Shown here one piece after another: positions 1 to 7,703 of a DNA stretch of 52,949 nucleotides. A model generated the notes under the pieces. It saw only the letters and a program-made list of their open reading frames with translations, was not told the DNA's origin and ran no database searches. Every line of letters starts with the position of its first letter. The first letter of the stretch is position 1. Source of the DNA: Polyangiaceae bacterium (GTDB lineage Bacteria; Myxococcota_A; Polyangia; Polyangiales; Polyangiaceae); the NCBI GenBank assembly GCA_046351395.1, contig JAXLYP010000017.1:193508-246456 (forward strand). Direction: 5' to 3'. The position numbers were made by a program, and so were the translations under genes.

Positions 1-242
1 TGCGTGCGGTCCGCTCGGCGCTCGAGGAGCTCACCGATCGCGAGCAGGACATCCTCCGGGTGACGGCGCTCTACCAGCGCCACGGCGAGAAGCACCAACG
101 TTTGCCGAACGACGTCTCGAGCGATCTCGCGACGCGTTGGGGCACGAACAACGAGAACATCCGCGCGATCCGCAGCCGCGCGATGAAGAAGCTCGAGGCT
201 CGCCTCCGAGAGGTGCTGCACGACGACGGGGGGGCGCGGTGA
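1..242 (+). CDS. RNA polymerase sigma-70 family (ECF-type) sigma factor, C-terminal fragment (5' end outside window)
   Basis: The frame from nt 3 reads RAVRSALEELTDREQDILRVTALYQRHGEKHQRLPNDVSSDLATRWGTNNENIRAIRSRAMKKLEARLREVL. This is a typical sigma-70 region 4 HTH. Stop TGA at 240-242. Confidence 0.75.
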   Translation, partial: RAVRSALEELTDREQDILRVTALYQRHGEKHQRLPNDVSSDLATRWGTNNENIRAIRSRAMKKLEARLREVLHDDGGAR

Positions 243-1415
243 CCGTGGAACGAAAGGACGACGAGGTGGAGGCGATCGTGAGGCGCGCCGTCGGCGGGCT
301 CCTGCCGACGACGGAGGACGAGGTCCGGCGCGCGGAAGAAGAAGGTGTCGAGTTCGATGGAGAGCTGCCCGCAGGGCTCGCGTCCTTTCGACCGCGCGCC
401 GACGCCCAGCCGGCTCGAGGAGGCGCGTCGGCGGAACCATCGAGGAGCGCCGCGCCCGCCCGCGCACCGCGGTCACGACGGCGGGCAGGGTCGCGGACGT
501 CGTCTCGCTCGAGGATCGGCGCGCCCGGCGTCCGTCGGCGGTCCTCACGCACGCGGCGTTCGGCGCGCTCTGCGGGCGGCCGCCGCCGCGGCCGTCGTGC
601 TCTTCGTCCAGCGTCCTTCCAAGGAGATCGCGGGCGCGGGCCGCGCGGACGATCGCTCCCCGGGAGCGAGCGCGCAGACACACGCCACGCCAGCGCCGAG
701 CGCCGATCCCCCTCGGATCCAGGTCCCGGCGGGGCCCGCGTGCGCATCGAGCCCGACCGAGTGCCCCTCGGGCCGGGCGTGCGTTCCGACCTCGATGGAC
801 GAGATCAGCGCGAGCCGCTATCGCCTGAGGGTCGGTGATTTCGCGCCGACCGAGATCGGGAAGGAGGCGCTCTCGCGGGGACCCATCGACGTCTGCGCGC
901 GCGTGGGCGCCTCGGAGATCGCGTGCCGCCCGGCGCGCATCGGAGAGACGAGCAGCATGGTCGTGCTGCCGATCACGTTCAGCGGCAGCGAGGGCCTCTC
1001 CGGTGTCACGATCGACGTGCGCTTCCGCGGCGCGCAGGTGCCCATCGGACAATGGTCCGGACCGCTCGGCCTGTCCGCGAAGGGCCTCTGCAACGGTCAG
1101 CTCGTCGAGCCGACGCAGCCCGGGGGAGACAAACTCGGGACCATCTCACTCTTCGCCGACGACGCGACGTACGTCGAGGTCGGTCGCGCCGCGACGAGCA
1201 CGGACGCGGAGGCCATCGGCGCCGCGTTCGACACGCCGCTGCCCCTCCGCCTGTTCGAATCGAGCCGCCTTGGACCGGAGAAGTTCGTGGTCGCGTTCGG
1301 GCCCGTCACCGTCGTGGAGGCCGAGCGGATTCGGTGGGCGGTGAACGACGGGGGCGGGCACGCGACCGTGTCGCTCGGAGCAGACTTCCTTGGGGCTCCT
1401 CGCGCGCTTCGCTGA
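239..1415 (+). CDS. Putative anti-sigma factor / membrane-anchored extracytoplasmic protein (5' 330 nt not readable in one frame)
   Basis: GTG 239 overlaps the sigma stop (GTGA). Its frame gives an acidic N-terminus (VTVERKDDEVEAIVRRAVGGLLPTTEDEVRRAEEEGVEFDGELP). A second frame gives 'VVSLEDRRARRPSAVLTHAAFGAL'. The 345..1415 frame gives an Ala-rich TM helix (AAAAAAVVLFV) and a 280-aa non-repetitive domain with high GC3. Its position after an ECF sigma gene supports the call. Confidence 0.45.
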
Positions 1416-1499
1416 GCTGCTTCTCAGGCCGGTTTGGGGTGGCCCGTGAGGTGTCCCATCCCGCCTTCTCGGACGCCCACGCATGGCGCTTGGCGCCGG
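1389..1499. repeat. Copy 1 of a ~110-bp imperfect direct repeat (partner at 4206-4320)
   Basis: By-eye alignment: ...gggctcctcgcgcgcttcg..gagct..tcagg..ttgggg.ggcccgtgaggt...cccatcccgcc(c)ttctcggacgcccacgcat.gcgct... It is shared with 4206-4320 and carries small indels, including a 1-nt deletion in this copy. Confidence 0.7.
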
Positions 1500-1693
1500 C
1501 CTTGCCGTTCCAAGTGAAGCGGACCTCGATGAGCCTCTCTGGCTCGCCGTGGACCACCGGATAGTAGTCGTGGAACTGGATGTCGAACACGGTGGAGACC
1601 GGCTCGGACGGTTCGTCGATCACCGTCGCATCTTCGAAGTCGGGGCGAGGGAACTCCGCGCGGTGGACGTTCGCTTCTCCAGGCGTTGCCCAT
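1424..1693 (-). pseudogene. Small ORF / gene remnant sharing its 3' end with the methyltransferase gene at 4242-5039; frame-disrupted
   Basis: ATG 1693 and stop 1424 are in one frame. The protein-like, high-GC3 translation (EFPRPDFEDATVIDEPSEPVSTVFDIQFHDYYPVVHGEPERLIEVRFTWNGKAGAKRHAWASEKAG) is in the +1 frame, which has no start codon. The tail MGHLTGHPKPA* parallels GGMGLYLTGRPKAS* of the paralogous 3' end. Confidence 0.4.
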
Positions 1694-1780
1694 CGGACGA
1701 GGCGCGCCCCTCCGACGTCGGCAGGTCCGCCGAGGCGTGTCGGCGCTCGGGGCCGTCCTCGCGCCCGAGGTGAGGCGAGC

Positions 1781-3994
1781 TCACAGTCGCAAGATCGAGA
1801 GGAGGTTCGCGTAGTCGTCGGTGAAGGGGCGCGCGCCGGTCGGCGCGGCCGACCAGCCGAGCGCCTCGAGCGCGGCGCGCCTTTTGGGGGCTCGCGTCGC
1901 CGCGATCCAGCGGCTCGGGAGCGCGAGATCCTCGTCCGCTGCGGACCTCGCGCAGAGGAGGGGCGGCGCGCCCAGCGCGTCCAGCGCGGCGGCGAGCGGC
2001 CCCGCGAGATCGTAGAACCGGTTCGAGATCTGCACGGCCAGCACGCCATCGGGGGCGAGGACGCGCAGCGTGTCGGTGAGCGCCTCCATCGTGAGGAGGT
2101 GCACTGGGAGCGAGTCGCTCGAGAAGGCGTCGACGACGACCAGCGCGTACCTCTCGTCCGGCTCTGCGCGGAGCGAGAGGCGCGCGTCCCCCAGGACGAT
2201 CCGCGGGCGCTCCGGCGCGTCCGACACGTACGTGAAGAGGGTCGGGTTCGTCGCGATCGTGACGACGACCGGATCGATCTCGAAGAACGTCATCCTCACG
2301 CCGGGCTGGTCGTACGCGGCGAGCGTGCCCGCGCCGAGCCCGACCACCGCGACGTCGCCGCGCGCCTCCGCGTCGAGCGCGACGCCGAACACGTCCGCGA
2401 TCGGGCTACCTGGAGCGAAGTACGCCGTCGGCCGACGGCGCTTCTCCTGGGCCGTCCACTGCGATCCGTGCACCGTCGTCCCGCTGTAGAGGGTCGCGAC
2501 CTCGCCGCCCCGGGTCCGTCGGACCTCGCTCACGCCGAAGAAGCTCCGCCCGCGGTACGCCACCCCGGTGCGCAGCCCGAACGCGCCGATGACGAGCGCC
2601 GTGGCGGTCGTCGCGACGAGGATCCACGGTCGCGTGCCGAGCAGGAGCAGCAGCCCGCCGACCACGAGCGACAACAAACCGATCTGGCGATCCCTCCCGC
2701 CGTCCCGGACGAGGATCACGGCGAGCACGCCCGCGCCGAAGACGTAGGGACCCAGGCGCCCGGCGAACTCTCCGAGGATGGATCGGAGGTCCTGCCCGCG
2801 CGCGCCCCAGGCGTCTCGGTGGAGCGCGACCGCGACGAGCGCGCCGAGGAGAAGGATGGGGTACTCCCAGATGTCGGGGAACGCGCGCGGCGCCACGAGC
2901 GCGACGAACATCGAGCCCAGCGCGCCCCCGACGGACACGACGACGTAGAACTCGGTCGCTCGCGCGGGATCGGGGCGATCCCGCGCGAGGAGCCCGTGGA
3001 GCGCCACCACGACGACGCCGAACGCGACGAGCATGATCGGCAAGAGCGCGAGTACGGGCCCGGTCGACGCGCCGTAGAGGACCCAGAGCAACGTGATCAT
3101 CGCGGGCGCCGCGACGATCGCCCAGCGGACGACGCGTCGGGTCGAGAACGCGACGATGAAGGAGCCGATGTAGAGCGCGAGCGGCACGACCCAGACGAGC
3201 GGCGCCGCCACGAGATCCGTCGACAGGAACGTGGTCACCGCGGAGAGCAATCCCGAAGGGACCGCGGAGAGGAGCAACCAGCGCGCGCGCCGTCGATGCG
3301 TGATGCGGGGGGGCTCGGCCCGGGCCTCGTCCAGTGTGGCGCGGGACCCGGTCGGCGAGAGAGCGCGCCCCCTCCACCTGGTGACCGCCGCGAGCGCGAG
3401 CGCCAAGACGAGCGCGGCGTACGCCGCGAACCACGCGTGGCGCTGCGCGCGGAGCCCGAGGCGGGGCTCGACGAGGAGAGGGTAGGCGAACAGCGCGAGC
3501 ATCGAGCCCGCGTTGCTGATCGCGTAGAGCCAATAGGGATCGCGCTCGCCCTGCGGTCCGAGCGAAGACCGATACCAAGCCGAGAGCAGCGGGGTGGTCG
3601 CGGTGAGGACGAACAACGGCAGCCCGATGACGACGACGAGCAGCCGGAGCAGCTCCAGCGCGGCGGGGAGCGACCCGATGCCGAGATCGGAGAGGCGATC
3701 CGGGACGAGGAGCGACAGCGCGAGCCCGAGCGACGCGAGCCCCATGTGCACGATCGGCCCCCAACGACCGAGCCGCGTGATCGAGAGGTGCGCGTAGACG
3801 TAGCCCGCGACGAGGCAAATCTGGAAGAAGCAGAGCGCGGTAGCCCAGACCATCGGCGCGCCGCCGAAGACCGGCAGGAGGAGCTTTCCAACGAGCGGCT
3901 CCACGCTGAACAGCAAGAACGCGGAGAGCCCGATCGACACGGCGAAGGGCGCGGTCGTGCCGAGCGTCGTGGAGCGGGGGGGCGGAAGCGGCAC
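1781..3994 (-). CDS. Fused multi-TM (MFS-like) / spermidine synthase-like protein
   Basis: GTG at 3994 is the first in-frame start before the TM region. About 480 aa of hydrophobic helices are followed by a spermidine-synthase-like fold: VAVVGLGAGTLAAY (GxGxG), FFEIDPVVV, VVVDAFSSDSLPVHLLT. Ends ...DDYANLLSILRL*. Confidence 0.8.
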   Translation of the reverse strand: MPLPPPRSTTLGTTAPFAVSIGLSAFLLFSVEPLVGKLLLPVFGGAPMVWATALCFFQICLVAGYVYAHLSITRLGRWGPIVHMGLASLGLALSLLVPDRLSDLGIGSLPAALELLRLLVVVIGLPLFVLTATTPLLSAWYRSSLGPQGERDPYWLYAISNAGSMLALFAYPLLVEPRLGLRAQRHAWFAAYAALVLALALAAVTRWRGRALSPTGSRATLDEARAEPPRITHRRRARWLLLSAVPSGLLSAVTTFLSTDLVAAPLVWVVPLALYIGSFIVAFSTRRVVRWAIVAAPAMITLLWVLYGASTGPVLALLPIMLVAFGVVVVALHGLLARDRPDPARATEFYVVVSVGGALGSMFVALVAPRAFPDIWEYPILLLGALVAVALHRDAWGARGQDLRSILGEFAGRLGPYVFGAGVLAVILVRDGGRDRQIGLLSLVVGGLLLLLGTRPWILVATTATALVIGAFGLRTGVAYRGRSFFGVSEVRRTRGGEVATLYSGTTVHGSQWTAQEKRRRPTAYFAPGSPIADVFGVALDAEARGDVAVVGLGAGTLAAYDQPGVRMTFFEIDPVVVTIATNPTLFTYVSDAPERPRIVLGDARLSLRAEPDERYALVVVDAFSSDSLPVHLLTMEALTDTLRVLAPDGVLAVQISNRFYDLAGPLAAALDALGAPPLLCARSAADEDLALPSRWIAATRAPKRRAALEALGWSAAPTGARPFTDDYANLLSILRL

Positions 3995-4205
3995 CAGGCG
4001 CCGCCATGCTATCGGGTCTCGGGGACCGGGGGCTCCTCCGCACGCTGGTACGAACGTACCTGAGCGGATCGCCGCCGCACCTGGTGGCGAATCCCGCGCT
4101 GGACCGGACCTTTTTGGACCCCGCGCGATGCGCAAGCCAATGACCGCGCAAGGATGGTTCGAATGTCCAATGAGTCCACCGAGGGGCGTGCCGCCCGGAG
4201 CGTTC

Positions 4206-4320
4206 TTGTGGGCTCCTCGCGCGCTTCGACGAGCTCCTCCCTCAGGAGGCCTTGGGGCGGCCCGTGAGGTAGAGGCCCATCCCGCCCTTCTCGGACGCCC
4301 ACGCATAGCGCTCGGTGCCG
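4206..4320. repeat. Copy 2 of the ~110-bp imperfect direct repeat (partner at 1389-1499)
   Basis: Covers the last ~25 codons of the methyltransferase gene plus ~40 nt downstream of its stop. Aligned by eye to 1389-1499. Confidence 0.7.
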
Positions 4321-5039
4321 GGGACCCCGCGCGCGATGTCCAGGAGCTCCTCGGGCGCGTACGCGCGGAGCGCGGACACCGTCCCGTCCCACGCGAAGAG
4401 GAACGGGATGAGCGGCACCAAATAGGTGAGGAGCCAGCGCGACGCGCGCACCGGACGCACGAGCGGGACGAGCGCAAACGGCAGCGTGAAGAGCACGAGC
4501 GCGTTCGGCAAGAGCGCAAACGGCGACAGCGGCGCGGGCATCTTGCGCATCATCGGGTTCGCGGCGACGTCGAAGAACGCGACGTGCGCGCCGCTCGCGA
4601 CCGCATCCGCGAGGAGCGAATGGATCGCCTCGGGCGGGAAGTGGTGGAGCGCCCCGAACATGGTCCGCAAACCTCGGAGATCGGAGGGGACGTGCATCGC
4701 GTCGACCGGCTCGCCGTGCACCGCCACGTTCGCGAGTCCCCGCGTCCGCCCGATGGTCGCCTCATTGGGGTGCCGATCGGTCAGCAGGAACCGCACGTCC
4801 GTCCGCCCTCGCGCCGCGAGCGCCCTCGCCATGAAGAGCGCCCCTCCGCCGCCGCCGGAGCAGAGGTCGACGACCTGCTGCCCGCCGCTCGCGTCGATCG
4901 CGCGCTCGAGGACGTCGACGAGCGGCTGGTAGAACTTCACCAGCCCGAAGAAGGTATCCAAGAGGTCCGTCCCGCCGTCTCGAATCGCGCCCGGCATCCA
5001 GTCGAGATCCTCGAGCTCCACGAAGTGCACGCGTCTCAT
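4242..5039 (-). CDS. Class I SAM-dependent methyltransferase with hydrophobic C-terminal segment
   Basis: ATG at 5039 (MRRVHFVELEDLDW...). Motif I is VVDLCSGGGGGALFMA. Ends ...RYAWASEKGGMGLYLTGRPKAS*. The upstream part of the track ORF (to 5249) is Arg/Ala-rich and was discarded. Confidence 0.8.
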   Translation of the reverse strand: MRRVHFVELEDLDWMPGAIRDGGTDLLDTFFGLVKFYQPLVDVLERAIDASGGQQVVDLCSGGGGGALFMARALAARGRTDVRFLLTDRHPNEATIGRTRGLANVAVHGEPVDAMHVPSDLRGLRTMFGALHHFPPEAIHSLLADAVASGAHVAFFDVAANPMMRKMPAPLSPFALLPNALVLFTLPFALVPLVRPVRASRWLLTYLVPLIPFLFAWDGTVSALRAYAPEELLDIARGVPGTERYAWASEKGGMGLYLTGRPKAS

Positions 5040-5154
5040 GGCCCGGGAGGATAGGGTCGTTCCTGCGCCGGAGAAGCGCGGCAGATCGCCGCGCCGGTGC
5101 GCTCTTGTCAGCCTCGGCCGCCCCGGCCGTCGTCTCCCCGCGAGGAGGTCAGCC

Positions 5155-5511
5155 ATGTCGGCTGCACGAAGGAGCTCGCTCGCTGCGGCGCTCACGCTCG
5201 CCGTGGTCCACGCGAACGAGGCGAACGCCGAGGAGCCGTTCCCGATCATTTCGCTCCGCGACGCGACGGTCGGCGTCGGTTCGACGGGAGCGCCCGCAGG
5301 GTGGATCGCGCTGCCGACGCTCGCGCTCTCGCCCTCGGGCGGGTCGAGCCTGCGCCCCGTTCTCGAGATCGACGCGATCGACGTCCAGCGCGGCGCCGTG
5401 GTCCCGATCCTTCGCCTCGAGCTGAAGCTCCCCGTCGCGGACTTCGTGCTCGACTGGAGCCCCGACCCCGCCCTCGGGACTCACGCCCGCCTCCGCGTGT
5501 CCCTGAATTGA
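5155..5511 (+). CDS. Small secreted protein, unknown function
   Basis: ATG 5155 is preceded by GAGGAGG (5142-5148). Signal peptide MSAARRSSLAAALTLAVVHANEANA. Non-repetitive 118-aa product. Confidence 0.6.
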   Translation: MSAARRSSLAAALTLAVVHANEANAEEPFPIISLRDATVGVGSTGAPAGWIALPTLALSPSGGSSLRPVLEIDAIDVQRGAVVPILRLELKLPVADFVLDWSPDPALGTHARLRVSLN

Positions 5512-5647
5512 CCGCTCGCCGCTCCGCCGCGCTGAATTTCGCGCCCGCCCCTCGGAGCGTCGTTCGCAAACCTCGGAATTTCGACCTCCCGACCAGCACG
5601 AAAGCCGCGAGAGGGATTTCATTCCGAGCTCGTCACAACGCGCACCG

Positions 5648-6859
5648 ATGCGACTCCGAAGCGCGCTCCTCCCCGCCTTGGGTGTATTGTCTGTCGCGTG
5701 TGGGGGCGGCGCCTCACCTCGTGTGCAGGAGCCGAAGCCGACTGGGCAGTGGCGGGGATCATCGACTGGGCAGTGGACGGGATCCCCGACCGGTGTGCCG
5801 TGGGGTGGCTCCATCGTCGCGGGCGGCCTTGCGATCCTGCGGAGCGGCGCGTGTCCGCTCACGGAGATCGCGCCGGGGCAGTGGGCCCAAGCGGCGTGCG
5901 CGCCCATCGTCCAGTTCAAGAACGCGCTGCCCTATCGGGCGCCACCTTTCGTGGCGAGCGCGCTCCCCGCCTATGTAGACCACCGCGCCTCGGGGCTCGA
6001 GGGCCCCGTGAAGAACCAACAGAACGTGGGCGCGTGCGGCGCCTTCTCCGTCACGACCGCGATGGAGAACGCGCTCCGCAAGCAAGGCCGGCAGGACGTC
6101 CTCTCGGCGCTCCATTACTACGTGAAGTACGGCACGGTCGCCGGCACCGGCGAGAACGGCGACGCGATCACCACGGACGCCGTCTGGCCGTACGACCCCG
6201 TGAAGGCATGCCTCTTGTCGCCCGACGAGGGCGGGGACACGTGCGATCAGGACTTCGGCGTCGTGCGGGGCGGCGGTCGCGGCGATCCGCGGTTGCGCGC
6301 CGAGCAGGCGAACGCAGACAGTCGCGGGCTCGTGCGGCTCGACCGCGCGTGGAGCATCGATCCCCGGGACGTAGACGCCATCGCGGCGATCCTCGCCGCC
6401 GGCGACGACGTCGACGCGACCTTCGCGTTCGATCGGGATGCGTGGAGCTACCGGGGGATCCAGAGCGGCGTCTTCAGCCACTACCAGGGCCCCAAGGACT
6501 ATGGTCATGGCGTCGTCCTCGCGGGGTATCGCTGGGTGAACGGAGAGCGCCAGTTCCTCATCCACAACAGCTGGGGCGCCGACTGGGCGGAGAGCGGCTA
6601 TGCGTGGATGGCGGAGAGCGACGTCCGCGCGAACCTTTGCTCGGCCTACAAGATCGATCTCGCCGAAGCGGGGACGCCGCGCCGGCCCGAGGAGACGGCG
6701 CACTATTGTCCGGGCGGGCTCCCTCCCATCGGCAACCAATGTATCCCCCTCCCGCAAGCCTCGACCGCGTGTCCGCCGGGCACGATCGGCCTTCCGGGTC
6801 TTTGTCTGCCCACCGGGGGCATCAATCCCCTCGGAGACCTCGCGCCAGGTGCGCCGTGA
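5648..6859 (+). CDS. Papain-like (peptidase C1 family) cysteine protease lipoprotein
   Basis: Lipobox LGVLSVAC. Catalytic-Cys region VKNQQNVGACGAFSV, His region YGHGVVLAGY, and NSWGADWAESGYAWM (Asn-Ser-Trp). Confidence 0.8.
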   Translation: MRLRSALLPALGVLSVACGGGASPRVQEPKPTGQWRGSSTGQWTGSPTGVPWGGSIVAGGLAILRSGACPLTEIAPGQWAQAACAPIVQFKNALPYRAPPFVASALPAYVDHRASGLEGPVKNQQNVGACGAFSVTTAMENALRKQGRQDVLSALHYYVKYGTVAGTGENGDAITTDAVWPYDPVKACLLSPDEGGDTCDQDFGVVRGGGRGDPRLRAEQANADSRGLVRLDRAWSIDPRDVDAIAAILAAGDDVDATFAFDRDAWSYRGIQSGVFSHYQGPKDYGHGVVLAGYRWVNGERQFLIHNSWGADWAESGYAWMAESDVRANLCSAYKIDLAEAGTPRRPEETAHYCPGGLPPIGNQCIPLPQASTACPPGTIGLPGLCLPTGGINPLGDLAPGAP

Positions 6860-7703
6860 GCTCGGTCGCGACGCGCGTGTGGAGCTCGAGCACGGTGAAC
6901 CAATCGATGAGCTCGATGCGGAGCGCGCTCACGGCCGACGCGGCCCGCGCCGTGTGCGCGCGGGGGACCTCCGCGAGCGCATCGAGGAACCCCATGTCCG
7001 TCCCCGCTCCGACGGTCGCGCGCTCGCCGCGCGCGGTCTCGCACTCGACGAGCCCCGCGGTGACGCGGATCCAGTGGTTCGCGACATCTCCCGCGCTCCA
7101 GAGGACGTCGCCTCGCTGAAACCGCACGTCCGTGGACGCGCTCGCGATCTCCGCGAGGCCCTCCACGTTCGCGCGCGCGATGGGCGATCTCCGGAGCTGG
7201 ATGACCCGCTCCACGACCGTCAGCTCCTCGTCCCGAAACGTGCCGTGCTCCGGCGGATCGGAGCGATTGGGCAATGGCCCGCGCTCCGCGAGGAGGTCCC
7301 GCGCGAGGCCCCGCAGCACGAAGCGCTGGAGCGCGAAATCCCGTTGGAGCGCGATCCGGACCGCGTCTCCGGGGATCTCGAGCGCGAGCGTCCGTGCCTC
7401 CGTCGTCGCGCTCAGGTGATCGCGCTCCGTGAGGAGCGCGGTGAACCCGAGCGCGCGCTGGCTCTCCACGCGGCCGACCAGGGTGCCTTCGTGCTCCACG
7501 CGCACGCTCCCCTCGAGCACGTAGAGCACGGACGTGATCGGATCGGTCGCGCGCCAGATCACCGCGCGCGGCCGAAACCGCCGGTAGCGGGAGCGCTCCG
7601 CCATGAGCAGGAGAGTGTCCACGCTGACCGATCGAAGATCGGGCATCGAGCCGAGGAGGCGGGCGCGCGCCTCGACGCTCGCGAGCTCGGGCTCAGCTTG
7701 CAT
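6822..7703 (-). CDS. Protein with two cyclic-nucleotide-binding (cNMP) domains
   Basis: Two repeats of a CAP/cNMP beta-roll pattern (…VIWRATDPITSVLYVLEGSVRVEHEG…; …VLWSAGDVANHWIRVTAGLVECE…). The start overlaps the upstream gene's end by 11 nt. Confidence 0.7.
   Translation of the reverse strand: MQAEPELASVEARARLLGSMPDLRSVSVDTLLLMAERSRYRRFRPRAVIWRATDPITSVLYVLEGSVRVEHEGTLVGRVESQRALGFTALLTERDHLSATTEARTLALEIPGDAVRIALQRDFALQRFVLRGLARDLLAERGPLPNRSDPPEHGTFRDEELTVVERVIQLRRSPIARANVEGLAEIASASTDVRFQRGDVLWSAGDVANHWIRVTAGLVECETARGERATVGAGTDMGFLDALAEVPRAHTARAASAVSALRIELIDWFTVLELHTRVATELTAHLARGLRGD

Noticed and set aside
1580-4063. Very long alternative-frame ORFs, e.g. 1580..4063 (+), 2406..4151 (-), 8042..10027 (-), 10295..12046 (+), 21144..23006 (-), 25560..27530 (-), 26753..28360 part (+), 44759..46468 (+), 48259..49920 (+)
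   Set aside because: Their translations are dominated by Arg/Pro/Gly/Ala/Asp runs. They overlap ORFs with recognisable domains and better third-position G+C. These are typical shadow ORFs of a ~70% G+C genome.
4140-4175. tRNA-like T-loop sequence GGTTCGAAT
   Set aside because: The flanking bases do not form a T-stem. No acceptor, D or anticodon arms can be drawn.
5155-6859. Small secreted protein as a chagasin-like inhibitor partnered with the C1 peptidase
   Set aside because: None of the chagasin/ICP signature motifs (NPTTG, GxGG, RPW) is present. Adjacency alone is insufficient.
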